Part shown: positions 37,460-47,322 of the stretch, piece by piece
Layout: each line of letters begins with the position of its first letter
Position numbering within the stretch: position 1 is the stretch's first letter
Origin: a virus
Strand: one strand, 5' to 3'
DNA: 64,000 nt
Virus record (IMG/VR): IMGVR_UViG_3300025141_016046
Coordinates: 1 to 64,000 of that record
Notes under the pieces: generated by a model
The model's input: only the letters and a program-made list of their open reading frames with translations
Told to the model about the DNA's origin: nothing
Databases searched by the model: none
Program-made: the position numbers and the translations under genes

Positions 37460-38409
37460 CTTTTTAATCCACCAAATGCTATTGAATCAGTTCCAAGGGG
37501 ATTATTATCATAATCAAATCCTGCACCTTGAGATTTGTGATGATCGTCTATCATCCCTATGTCTCTAATTGAGCCTGTTCCAACTAGTATTTTGCAAAAT
37601 TGATCTTTTGAATCAAGAAAAGGAGGTAGCTTTCTCTGAATATCTGTATTATACCCCGGGGCAAAGAGAGTAATACTCTCGTTTGATAATCCTGACTCTG
37701 CTGCGTCTATAAACGGGCTTGATGACTCTCTATGTGAGCTTGATATGTGGAGTATCTGTGTAATTAGATCTGCTCCGTTTGCACGATGTGTGCTTCCTCC
37801 TAAAATATCTGCCCTCACCTTGTGTGCAACAAATGGAGTTTCTGCAGATCTATTGCTTATAACCTCTCTAATTGCAAGCGGCTCTATTACTCCATCAAGC
37901 TGATCTGGATATTTCATTGAAACATTGTCAAGTATTACTGGATAAGATTGTGAGCCATCTTCATCCTGAATGTATGCTATTGCTCCGCCATAGGCAGATG
38001 TAACATCAGATACAATTCTAGTGTAGACCTTCATTATGCCTATATCTTCATAGGGTTCATTATCTAAAAATAATTTTGGCTGACCAAACCCTGAAACCTG
38101 CACAGAATGAATATCTACTGACTTTTCTCCATCAAAGCCATCCGATGTCATGATTGGAAGACAGCCAATTGTTCCTATAATTCCTGTTGAACCCACTGTA
38201 GATGGAGAATCTCTCCTTAGATATCTTCTTGATACAACGCTGACGCCCTGTCTAAATCTATCAATTTTAGAAGTATTCATACCCCCTTCAGCACTATTCA
38301 TTAGGCTAAATGAGGAGCTTACCCCAACCATTGCTGGCGTAGTCTTAGTAGCTGACCCTGTTAGGGCAAGAATCTTTCCAAACCTATCTTTAAATGGTGA
38401 AATTGTCAT
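37456..38409 (-). CDS. Hypothetical virion protein
   Basis: 317-aa ORF in the structural operon; ATGA overlap with the downstream gene; C-terminal GTDSIAFGGLKR. Confidence 0.65.
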   Translation of the reverse strand: MTISPFKDRFGKILALTGSATKTTPAMVGVSSSFSLMNSAEGGMNTSKIDRFRQGVSVVSRRYLRRDSPSTVGSTGIIGTIGCLPIMTSDGFDGEKSVDIHSVQVSGFGQPKLFLDNEPYEDIGIMKVYTRIVSDVTSAYGGAIAYIQDEDGSQSYPVILDNVSMKYPDQLDGVIEPLAIREVISNRSAETPFVAHKVRADILGGSTHRANGADLITQILHISSSHRESSSPFIDAAESGLSNESITLFAPGYNTDIQRKLPPFLDSKDQFCKILVGTGSIRDIGMIDDHHKSQGAGFDYDNNPLGTDSIAFGGLKR

Positions 38410-38412
38410 ATG

Positions 38413-41400
38413 TTATCCATCCGCCATCATTGAAGCAATTACAAGATTGTGTATAGCAGTAACAATGTCTGGATCTCTTTCAGAGAGCTTTAGATAAATT
38501 TCATCAGAAAGGTATCTCATCCTATGCCTTTCTAAAACGTGAGACTCTATTACAAAGTTAACACCATTAAAACTTGTCTTTTTAGGTATGAGTTGCTCAA
38601 TCATAATGCCCAACATAGAGTCAAACCATTTGAAAAATTCAAAAAATTGCTTAATGTTAATCTTATCAACAAGCCTGTTAAAATAAATCTTTCTCATTTG
38701 CTCGAGATCGGGATAGAAGTCATCGAACATTAGATTTGGGTCGCCTAGAGCATTATCAAAGAAATCTAATGATGAGAACATTGTCATAATATCTTCATCT
38801 ACTGCTTGCGCAATAGAGAAGTCTACAGCAAATCTTGTATCGTCGTCAGGAATATCATCCCTAGGGATTTCAAAAAGAGGTGCACTATATGCATAGTCAC
38901 TATCTTGAACCTTGTCACTAGAGAAGTAACTTCTAACTCTAACTTTTTCATCTGTTTCGGACATATCAAATCTAGGTGAAAGATGGCTATAGTGAAACTC
39001 TGAAGGTATTATGACTCTTTTATCTGTCTCAAACCCAGACCCTGACATATTGAAATACCTCTTCTCATCACCTCTCGTTCCATGAAGTGCAGGACGTGGA
39101 CCGAATATTCCCCACGGCCTTTCTTGTTTTCCAAATTCCTGCTGTTGTGAAAAATCAATAACGTCTATGGTTCCTAGTGTGTTTGATTCAGTTACTATTT
39201 GATCTGTAGTTGCATCAATCCTCAATCTTCCCCAAGTTCCAGTGGCGACCTTGTCAAAGTTAAAGTTCTTCTTTGGATCCTCTACCCCTAGAGACTTAAA
39301 GTTTCTAGTGTGCTCTTTAAACTCCTCCTCTGTCAAACCTTTTGACCAAAATCTAATATGGCCCACTCGTCCTGAAAAGTTTGTGTATCTTGCAGGTCCC
39401 CATCCATCAGATGTGGGTAGAGAAGACTCAGAATTTAAAAATCTTGTGTCTGTGTCTCTTATGCTTTGTGATCCAATTACTATAAATGAACCTGACTTAT
39501 TATAAAACTTACTTATATTCTGCTGACTATCTGTGCCTATTTGAAAGCTATCAAATAGACTTGCCGTAGTGTGGTATTCTCTCAGTTCTCCGAAGCCATT
39601 TCTTGCGCACCTTAAAAAGTAAGATCCGCTTGTCGGGGAGAGAGTGCCAGATACGGGATCATCTGCTCGATATCTTCCAAATGAAACATTCCACATGTTT
39701 CCATCAAATATTTCTGCACCCGTCAGCACTAGTCTTATTGCAGGTGAAGATGCGTCCCAGTTCGGTCTACCAAAGAGCTCTACTGTGCTAGACCCTGAGT
39801 ATGCAACAACATTGAATATAACAGCATGCCGCTGTAACGGTAAAGTCTGTGTTCCTGTGATGTGCATTCTGGCAAGGCTCTGTGTGGGAAAGTGTGAACC
39901 AGTTATCATCACAGGCATTTGATAGATTCCCTCATATGTCCAAGAGCCAGATGTAAATAGTCCATCGTCACTATTGTTTGAGATACCGTGAACATTATGA
40001 TCCCATCGTGTATCATCTTTACCGGTTCTATCTATGTGCTTGTTAACAAATGTCCCCTGTGGTTCAGGATATCCCGCTTCAAATCTACTTGAGCTCAAAT
40101 ATGTAGACATTAACCTCGGATATTTAAATGATCCCGTTAAAAATCCCTGTTTATTTATCTCAGAGGCTCTTAGCGTAGGATTGTCCATTGCTGATAAAGA
40201 CCCAGAAAAGTCTATCATTGATGAGACCTCTGATCTTTTTACCCTTAGGTTTCTTAATGTTTTTGAGGTTGGACCGCCGAATTCTCTAATTCTAAGTATA
40301 TTATCTGGCTCTATTCCAACTGATCTTATAAGAGACTTAATACTGTGAACAGTTCCTCGAGATACAGTAATCTCTCTCATGTTTGTTAGAATTCTTCTCC
40401 ATATTTGATTTTGCACATAGTTTAGTGAACCACCTGCCCTTGATGGATCAAGTGTTAAGTTTTCTCCATCAACCTGTTGAAGAATACTTGCGTTATTGAA
40501 AACCCTAGGGAGCTCAATTCCAAGATACTTTCCTGCAAACAATAGGAATGGATCTGATATGCTCTCGTTCTCGTAATAGTCAACATTTGTTAGATTTGAA
40601 AATTCATCTATAAACAGCTTTATTTCATCAAATTGTTTTGCATATGTGAGCAGAAGAGCTGTTAATATCTGCGCAGATCCAAGATCACCAGTTCCGGGTA
40701 TTGAAGATCCCGAATAGTTTGAAGATATATCTCCGTCAATAGTATTGAAGCCCTGTGCTTCTTGCCCTTCTTCCAGATAGTGTTGGGGAATTAGCTTTGT
40801 AATTAAGTTTGGATTGTCATTATCATATGAACTAGCTGATAATAATAGATCAGTGTTTAGGGTTGTTATGTCTTCAAGCTTAGGAAATAAAACTGGTGAT
40901 AGATCTAAATTCTCATAAATCATTGGTGAATTAATTTCAGTACCATAGAATGAGCTGGTGCCCCGTAGAGCTATGTCATTTTTCGCTGTATGATAGTTGG
41001 ATATTCTTGAGTGAAGTGACTTACCAGAGCTGTCTAACACAATATCGTTAACACCTGTTGATCCGCTTGGCTCATTAAATTTAAAGTAAAGCTTTAAGTC
41101 ATGAGATGCATAAATAGATTTTTTTGCATATTCTTTTTGATCCTCTAGTGTCCTAATGCTGTGAAAAAATCTAAACTCATCAATTGATCCGGATAGAGTT
41201 TCTGCAGGTGTAAATTGCCAATCTGATGAATCTGTCTCACTAGAAGTTCCACTGAGATACTGTATTGAGCCAGAGCCGATTGTAAAGAAGCTGTCAGGAG
41301 TAAACCCAAGCTTACCTGTCTCAATCTCTCCGTCCGACTCGCCAGCAAGAGATTCATTAATATAAAACCTAAGCTTATTGACGCCTTCTGACCTGTCACA

Positions 41401-42141
41401 AACAACACAGACATGCTCAAAAGAGCCCTTAGAGATTGTACCAGATGCAACTAGAGCGCTTGTTCCAGACACGACAGAGAATATTAAGGCTACATCAGAT
41501 GTTGATGAAGTTCCAAATGCAAGAAGACCAAATCCATAGTTTCTCTTCTCCATTCTCTGAAAGATTACCTGGTCGTTGTTTGTTGCTGACGGGATAAAGA
41601 GTTGCATCTCAGCAGAAAATGACCCTGTTGTTGGATCAAGTATTTTCTCACCAGTTGCAAGTGATGAAAATTCAGGAAATAAACTTCCTGCTTGATCTCT
41701 AACTTTGATATACGTTCCGTTATCAGGTCCGGCAGAAGCACCTGATCCTGAAAAATTAAGGTAGCCCTTATTTTTTGGAAACTTTTTAAGAATTTCCATC
41801 TCATACCCAGTAAGACTATCAAGATATGTCTCAAGCTCTCTTCTTGTTCCATCAAATGGAAATCCATTGATAATTCTATCAAATGCAACATTTACCTTGG
41901 AAACTGCTGAATTAAAAAATGTATGATTTTCAAAATGATCCCAGTCTATATTGAGCTGCTGGGTTGACTTCATTCCCTGGCCTGGGCTATCATACCTAAA
42001 TGATGATGTACTCTCTATGTCTGTGCTTTCAACATCAGAGAGTGAAGACTCGTTTGCCCTTCCGCTTCCTAGCTTAATTCCCCTTATTGTTGCAGGCTTA
42101 AAAAGTCTAGGTGTGTTTAGATCATAAAGACTATTTGACAT
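38413..42141 (-). CDS. Baseplate wedge protein (gp7-like core) with LamG insertions
   Basis: LITKLIPQHY, QIWRRILTNMREITVSRGTVHSIKSLIRSVGI...LRIREFG wedge-like segment; LSGSIDEFRFF and FSGRVGHIRFW LamG ends; lies in the gp6/gp25 operon. Confidence 0.7.
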   Translation of the reverse strand: MSNSLYDLNTPRLFKPATIRGIKLGSGRANESSLSDVESTDIESTSSFRYDSPGQGMKSTQQLNIDWDHFENHTFFNSAVSKVNVAFDRIINGFPFDGTRRELETYLDSLTGYEMEILKKFPKNKGYLNFSGSGASAGPDNGTYIKVRDQAGSLFPEFSSLATGEKILDPTTGSFSAEMQLFIPSATNNDQVIFQRMEKRNYGFGLLAFGTSSTSDVALIFSVVSGTSALVASGTISKGSFEHVCVVCDRSEGVNKLRFYINESLAGESDGEIETGKLGFTPDSFFTIGSGSIQYLSGTSSETDSSDWQFTPAETLSGSIDEFRFFHSIRTLEDQKEYAKKSIYASHDLKLYFKFNEPSGSTGVNDIVLDSSGKSLHSRISNYHTAKNDIALRGTSSFYGTEINSPMIYENLDLSPVLFPKLEDITTLNTDLLLSASSYDNDNPNLITKLIPQHYLEEGQEAQGFNTIDGDISSNYSGSSIPGTGDLGSAQILTALLLTYAKQFDEIKLFIDEFSNLTNVDYYENESISDPFLLFAGKYLGIELPRVFNNASILQQVDGENLTLDPSRAGGSLNYVQNQIWRRILTNMREITVSRGTVHSIKSLIRSVGIEPDNILRIREFGGPTSKTLRNLRVKRSEVSSMIDFSGSLSAMDNPTLRASEINKQGFLTGSFKYPRLMSTYLSSSRFEAGYPEPQGTFVNKHIDRTGKDDTRWDHNVHGISNNSDDGLFTSGSWTYEGIYQMPVMITGSHFPTQSLARMHITGTQTLPLQRHAVIFNVVAYSGSSTVELFGRPNWDASSPAIRLVLTGAEIFDGNMWNVSFGRYRADDPVSGTLSPTSGSYFLRCARNGFGELREYHTTASLFDSFQIGTDSQQNISKFYNKSGSFIVIGSQSIRDTDTRFLNSESSLPTSDGWGPARYTNFSGRVGHIRFWSKGLTEEEFKEHTRNFKSLGVEDPKKNFNFDKVATGTWGRLRIDATTDQIVTESNTLGTIDVIDFSQQQEFGKQERPWGIFGPRPALHGTRGDEKRYFNMSGSGFETDKRVIIPSEFHYSHLSPRFDMSETDEKVRVRSYFSSDKVQDSDYAYSAPLFEIPRDDIPDDDTRFAVDFSIAQAVDEDIMTMFSSLDFFDNALGDPNLMFDDFYPDLEQMRKIYFNRLVDKINIKQFFEFFKWFDSMLGIMIEQLIPKKTSFNGVNFVIESHVLERHRMRYLSDEIYLKLSERDPDIVTAIHNLVIASMMADG

Positions 42142-43682
42142 TATTCATCCACGCGAAACTTGTTTCCAACACTTGTAAAAACTCTATCAGTTCCAAAGTC
42201 CTTTATAAGAAAGTCAAATGTATAGACCCTTCCTGAAACTAGTGAATCCATGTAGAAGTCAAAGAACATTCCATCGGAGTCTGTTGAAAGAATAGTTCCC
42301 TTATACTCCTTATCGAATGGAATGACTATTTTTCCATTGAAAGCATCTCTAACCCTATAGTACATTTGTGTATAGATTTCGCTAGTTGCCTCAAGGGGCT
42401 TCTTTTTAAAGATAACTTCTTTTCCAAGATTTTCAACAAATACTCTCAACCTCACCTTTTCAAAGGCACTATATCTTGACCTAAGATTTGTAACGTTTAG
42501 AAATAGCTTGTCAGGTGCATTATCAAAGCTAGTCCGCTTGACATCTCTAACAACCAGTGTTCCTGTATGAAATCCAAGTTTATAGTCTGTAGATCCCCAG
42601 TAAGTAGAAAAAGTTGCAGATGCAGCATTGACTATCTCATTTCTTAGAGTTCCAGATGCAAATGCACCAATAGCAAAAGATGCAGAATAGACACCTGTTA
42701 CGTAGTGTGTACCTATCTTATGCTGAGATGCTGTTACTGAGTGGGTAAAGAATGTTCCTCTATCATGAGATCCAGACTCTATCCTCAATACTGCACAATT
42801 TGCACCCTTTATTTCGTTTCCTGTTCTACCGTCAAGCATGTGAGAAGGTTGATTTCTATGAAAATTATTTAAGAATATAGATCCTGTAAGATTAAAAAAG
42901 AAATTTTCATGATGGTCTATTTGTGAATCATCGTAGTGAACAACAATCTTAGGCCTATTTTCAGGAGTAGTGGCATGTCTTGATGCAAACCTTTTAACAA
43001 ACCTGGTTTTCTCATCTGTCTCCATTGTTCCTGATAGTGATATTCTTAGGCCATGATCAGGTATTTGTCCTGCAAGAACGCCAGATACAATTGTAGTAAT
43101 ATCAATATTTAAATCTTCGTTACCGGATTCAAATAGCTGATCTTTCCAAAGAAATGCAGTTGCACCGTTTCCGTCATGAAGATTTCCACTTGTAATAATA
43201 TCAATATCACCACTTCCAAGCAGGCCCTCTTTATTTGCGCCTTCAAATGTCCAGATTGTAGGAGTCTGACCTGAAACTGAAGCAGTTACAAAGTTACAGG
43301 AATCTAAATCAGAAAAAGAAATAATATCTCTCCCGACACCTTCATCAAATGCCTTTGCAAGGGGTGCAACCAAGATTCTAAAGTTAGAAGGTGTCGTCTG
43401 ACCGCCGTATACATCTGCAAGTTTTAAAAAACATTTAAAAGAAGAGTGAGAAAAGTCTAAAAAAGATCCTGTAATTGATCTTAGTGGGTCAAGATCAAAT
43501 TTAATAAGGCCTCTTGACAGCTCAGTGGGTGTTGTATCTGACCCTGATGTTGACTCTGCGTAGAGCTTAAATATATCTAATGTACCTGCCTTTCCCACAT
43601 TGGCATCTTTTGCCCTTATATCATTATTGATAATCTTATTTGTGATATAGGTGTCTTTGCTAGCAGTTAATATTCTATACAT
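42141..43682 (-). CDS. Virion structural protein (DNRLRE-like N-terminal beta domain)
   Basis: ASKDTYI...SRGLIKFDL...W...NIDITTIV...HGLRI...FASR...RPKIVVHY pattern. Confidence 0.6.
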   Translation of the reverse strand: MYRILTASKDTYITNKIINNDIRAKDANVGKAGTLDIFKLYAESTSGSDTTPTELSRGLIKFDLDPLRSITGSFLDFSHSSFKCFLKLADVYGGQTTPSNFRILVAPLAKAFDEGVGRDIISFSDLDSCNFVTASVSGQTPTIWTFEGANKEGLLGSGDIDIITSGNLHDGNGATAFLWKDQLFESGNEDLNIDITTIVSGVLAGQIPDHGLRISLSGTMETDEKTRFVKRFASRHATTPENRPKIVVHYDDSQIDHHENFFFNLTGSIFLNNFHRNQPSHMLDGRTGNEIKGANCAVLRIESGSHDRGTFFTHSVTASQHKIGTHYVTGVYSASFAIGAFASGTLRNEIVNAASATFSTYWGSTDYKLGFHTGTLVVRDVKRTSFDNAPDKLFLNVTNLRSRYSAFEKVRLRVFVENLGKEVIFKKKPLEATSEIYTQMYYRVRDAFNGKIVIPFDKEYKGTILSTDSDGMFFDFYMDSLVSGRVYTFDFLIKDFGTDRVFTSVGNKFRVDE

Positions 43683-43687
43683 TGATC

Positions 43688-45520
43688 TTACTCCACAGAT
43701 CCGATAATATCATAATTTGGATATCTCATTTGAAATATTCCACCTCCCGGGGGTGTTACTATCCCTTTAAAAGTAGCCTGTTCCATGTTTAATATTACAT
43801 TGCTATAAATTTTATTTGAAACTGTTCCGCTAAGATTTATCATCTCCAAGCTTGATAGGGATATAACACCGCCTGATTTAATAATTATTCTTTGTATTTC
43901 TGTTAAAAATAAAGGTTGGTCTATTTGAAAGTTTGCAATCTTAAAGTAGTTTTTAATTTTAGCATTAATTGACTGTATTACAGAATTCTTGTTTGCAACA
44001 GAGTTTACTACTATTGAATACTTGACTCCAACGTCTACAATTGGTGAATCTAAAATATCTATTGCATCTGATATTAGCCTATTTTGATTTAGCCATAGTG
44101 CTAGATTGTCTTTCAATGAATCTGGTGCATATTTAAGTTTTCCACTTCTGTCTCGGCATATAATGTATAGCTGTGTTGCTAGCGGATTATCTGAGTTGGA
44201 TCTTATTCCAGCCCTAAAGATTCTTCCAAACCTACTTGGCATCATGTATACATGGGATAGTAAATCATCTCTTGTGACTATTCTAGATTGTGCGTTTCTA
44301 GCAGAAACTATTAATCTCTTGAGGTCTTCAATTGAGGGTTGATTTTCACCCCCTCCTGCTGATTGAGCATTTCTCACATCTACACTTGCTCTTATTTGAG
44401 CCTTGCGTGCAGGTGATACGCCTCCCTTAAATGTCGTCAAAAGTGTTGAGATTCCATTTATAGACCCGGGTGAAACGTTATGAGACAGCCCACCTCCACA
44501 TCTATATTTTACCGTAATTGTCGTACCTATTGGAGAAATTCCCAAGCTTTTTGTTCTTAGCAGATTGTTTGGATCAATTGAAAATCTAGAAATAGTCTTT
44601 TTTCCATACATTGGAAGAGATAGCTCACTGGGATCTGGTATAATATCGTCATCGAGTGTATCGGCCCTACCAGATCCAAACTGAATAGTAGTCTTTCCTG
44701 TCTGTCTATTAAATGTTGATACATATCTGTATGGAGCCGGTAGAAGCTCAAGGTTTTCAGGAACATCGTATGCGTCTGATGAAATATTTGCAACTCTCTT
44801 ATAGACTACATTTTGTACAAGAGAGCCGACTTCATGATATTCATTTCCATTAGCATCCACTACTGCAATAATTTCTGAAACATCAGTATCTGGGATTATT
44901 ATTCTTCTAAAGGGTACAAACTTTGCGCCTATAGAAAAGTCCTTTACTCTTGTTTTTCCAGATACACACTGACCAGTTAATTTAAGAATGTATTCTTTTG
45001 GTGATTCACCTGATCCGTATGGAGTTACTTGTTGAAAGAAGTGGTTTCCCTCCTCGTCAGTTGCACCAAAGTCTAAGTCAGAAATAAGTGTGAAGCCTAT
45101 GCCGTTTGAGGACATGAGCACTGTTCCCTCTCTAATTAATGGAAGATATGAAATTTCTGGCATTGATGAATCAGATGTAGATGATGGAACCTTAATAGAA
45201 AAGACAACGTCTGCAGAAGCAGGTGATGCACCAGATACCTGTACACCTGCCTGCCTAAGAAGCCTTTGAATGTTTTGTGTCTCTGTTGCTGTTTCGATAT
45301 CAAGCTCATTAAACTGATAGTCGAGATAGTAGCTCATCACATCTCCAACATACGCAGTCATGTCAAGGAGCAGCCCACCAAGGCTTGCTTCAGAAAAGTC
45401 TTGCATCTTATCTGGAAAAAATGTCTTTGCATAAAGAAGAAGATCGGCCCTAAGGCTGTCAAAGTCTTTATTTAGATAAGATCTAAGCTCAGATTTTTTT
45501 AATTTTGTATTAACTGCCAT
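43688..45520 (-). CDS. gp6: Baseplate wedge protein (T4 gp6 / baseplate J family)
   Basis: YLNKDFDSLRADL, DFSEAS, AYVGDVMSYYLD, IQFGSG, VKYRCGGG, GGGENQPS, AQSRIVTRDD motifs. Confidence 0.9.
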   Translation of the reverse strand: MAVNTKLKKSELRSYLNKDFDSLRADLLLYAKTFFPDKMQDFSEASLGGLLLDMTAYVGDVMSYYLDYQFNELDIETATETQNIQRLLRQAGVQVSGASPASADVVFSIKVPSSTSDSSMPEISYLPLIREGTVLMSSNGIGFTLISDLDFGATDEEGNHFFQQVTPYGSGESPKEYILKLTGQCVSGKTRVKDFSIGAKFVPFRRIIIPDTDVSEIIAVVDANGNEYHEVGSLVQNVVYKRVANISSDAYDVPENLELLPAPYRYVSTFNRQTGKTTIQFGSGRADTLDDDIIPDPSELSLPMYGKKTISRFSIDPNNLLRTKSLGISPIGTTITVKYRCGGGLSHNVSPGSINGISTLLTTFKGGVSPARKAQIRASVDVRNAQSAGGGENQPSIEDLKRLIVSARNAQSRIVTRDDLLSHVYMMPSRFGRIFRAGIRSNSDNPLATQLYIICRDRSGKLKYAPDSLKDNLALWLNQNRLISDAIDILDSPIVDVGVKYSIVVNSVANKNSVIQSINAKIKNYFKIANFQIDQPLFLTEIQRIIIKSGGVISLSSLEMINLSGTVSNKIYSNVILNMEQATFKGIVTPPGGGIFQMRYPNYDIIGSVE

Positions 45521-45524
45521 TTCA

Positions 45525-45998
45525 CTATCCTATGCAATATAAAATAACTTCTATTCCCTTATTTTGTACTTTTATTTTTGGAATACTATATAAAACTCTT
45601 ATAGATATTTGAGCAACTGACTCACTATCTGGTGGGTCTTTAAATGAAGATTCAAAGGAATCTAGATTAATATAAGGCATATATTTTTTAACAGAATCTC
45701 TAATTCTCATCATTGCCTCATTGTCAAAATCTTCATGTGATAGCCGCTCTGTTGTTAATTCTCTTAGGTTTGCACCGAAGTCGTAATGACCTAATCTCTC
45801 ACCATGATTTGTTAAAAGTAGATTTTTTAAATTATCCTGAACCTGTGCCCCTAAGTCAAAATGCATTTCAAAAATACCAGATCTTCCTGTCCCATGTGCC
45901 AGTGGTGTCTTTATTCCAATGGGTGGGGTGTCAAAAGTTCTATTAAACTTTCTATCGCCTGATCTCTCACCAACGCTCTTAAAACTTCTTGTTGCCAA
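45525..45998 (-). CDS. gp25: Baseplate wedge subunit gp25 (GPW_gp25 family)
   Basis: QVQDNLKNLLLTNHGERLGHYDFGANL...IRDSVKKYMPYI; adjacent to gp6; TTG start. Confidence 0.9.
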   Translation of the reverse strand: MATRSFKSVGERSGDRKFNRTFDTPPIGIKTPLAHGTGRSGIFEMHFDLGAQVQDNLKNLLLTNHGERLGHYDFGANLRELTTERLSHEDFDNEAMMRIRDSVKKYMPYINLDSFESSFKDPPDSESVAQISIRVLYSIPKIKVQNKGIEVILYCIG

Positions 45999-46014
45999 CT
46001 TTACCTTCCCAGTA

Positions 46015-46022
46015 CTAAATAT
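46015..46022 (-). promoter_or_regulatory. Candidate late-promoter motif ATATTTAG
   Basis: Intergenic, 16 nt before the gp25 start. Confidence 0.45.
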
Positions 46023-46038
46023 ATGCTCAGATAAATAA

Positions 46039-47322
46039 TCAGCCCGCTATCTCATTTGCAACAGCATTAAAAATCTCTCCCTCACCAAAGATTATTCCAA
46101 CTATCGATACCGCTAACCACTTTACAAATCTACCGATCAAGACAACTAGTGTTGCAGCCTTTGTAATAAACTCTTCTGGATTGCCAAAAATAGCTTGAAT
46201 TATTGATAAAATAATTTCTAAAAGTAACTCAATCAACCCTACGACTCCCTTTGCAAGAGCAGCAAGGATTGATAGGATAAATTCTCCAAGAGCTACCGGG
46301 TTAGTAAAGATATTTGTAATCCAGTCGATTATTGCCTGAAAGACGCCCAATATCCTAGCTAGAATGTTCCCATCAGGTAGTTGAAGAAACATGTCCAAGC
46401 TAAGCGATGGAAGATTAATATTAAATATGTCCAGCGACAGCGTGGGAATGTTTAAGACCCACTCAGGAAGTGTAGGTAATAATGAAGGAATGTCAGGAAG
46501 AGCTAGAAGTGTTAAAAGAAAATCTAAGATTGCCTCTTTGATCTTAGAAAAAATATGATCTTGTACCCAGCTTATGATAGCTTTTAGCTTTTCCTTAATT
46601 GCGTCAATGATCTTACTTTTAAGATCTAGATCCTTTATAAATTCAATAATTTCATAAATAATTCTTGTAATATCATCTAAAAGCCCTATTATCGGCGGGT
46701 AGCCAAATAGAATCAATAGCTCGTCAACGCCATCAAGCATTGGCAGCGACTTAGCTATCATCGCTGCTAATATTATTGCTGCAGATGCAAGCTTCTCAAG
46801 AATTTCTGACAGCTTCAATCCCTCAAGATCAAATGCTATTCTATCTGCGTAGTCATCTATTTTGTCTCCAAGATGCTCTCTAAACTCCTCAAGTCTAGAC
46901 CTTATCTCATCTTGAATTAGGGGCACTGTCTCCTTTATAACCGCACCAATTTTTGCAACAATCCTTGTGGGATCAATAAATCCGACTTGCAACCCGACGG
47001 GAGAGTCAATGTTAAAGTCTAGCATTTCTGCAACTGATGCGGAAAAATCTAAAATTGTCTCATTTGCTGGTGTAAATTGCTCAGGGTCTGCCTCAATCAT
47101 ATCAGCTATGTCGGAATTTCCCTGGAACTCTATGGGAATAAGCGTCTCTGTTACACCGGGCAAGACGTATGCACTTGCAGAAGGAGAGGCACCCGATGTT
47201 CCGTTTCTAATAACATCAACTGAGTCTGTCATAATTGCAGCTTTTTGAGACTCAGTAAGTGTAGCAAGACCTGTATCGGGGTCCTCTGTTAGAATTCCAG
47301 ATGCTACAAGCGCTGACGCCAT
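46039..47322 (-). CDS. Hydrophobic/amphipathic helical protein of the baseplate hub module
   Basis: Ile/Leu-rich C-terminal two thirds with several hydrophobic segments; TAATG-coupled to the gp5-like gene. Confidence 0.65.
   Translation of the reverse strand: MASALVASGILTEDPDTGLATLTESQKAAIMTDSVDVIRNGTSGASPSASAYVLPGVTETLIPIEFQGNSDIADMIEADPEQFTPANETILDFSASVAEMLDFNIDSPVGLQVGFIDPTRIVAKIGAVIKETVPLIQDEIRSRLEEFREHLGDKIDDYADRIAFDLEGLKLSEILEKLASAAIILAAMIAKSLPMLDGVDELLILFGYPPIIGLLDDITRIIYEIIEFIKDLDLKSKIIDAIKEKLKAIISWVQDHIFSKIKEAILDFLLTLLALPDIPSLLPTLPEWVLNIPTLSLDIFNINLPSLSLDMFLQLPDGNILARILGVFQAIIDWITNIFTNPVALGEFILSILAALAKGVVGLIELLLEIILSIIQAIFGNPEEFITKAATLVVLIGRFVKWLAVSIVGIIFGEGEIFNAVANEIAG

Noticed and set aside
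36987-37568. 193-aa plus-strand ORF and the many other 60-165-aa antisense or out-of-frame ORFs
   Set aside because: They lie wholly within long motif-bearing genes and show no recognisable motifs; typical shadow ORFs.
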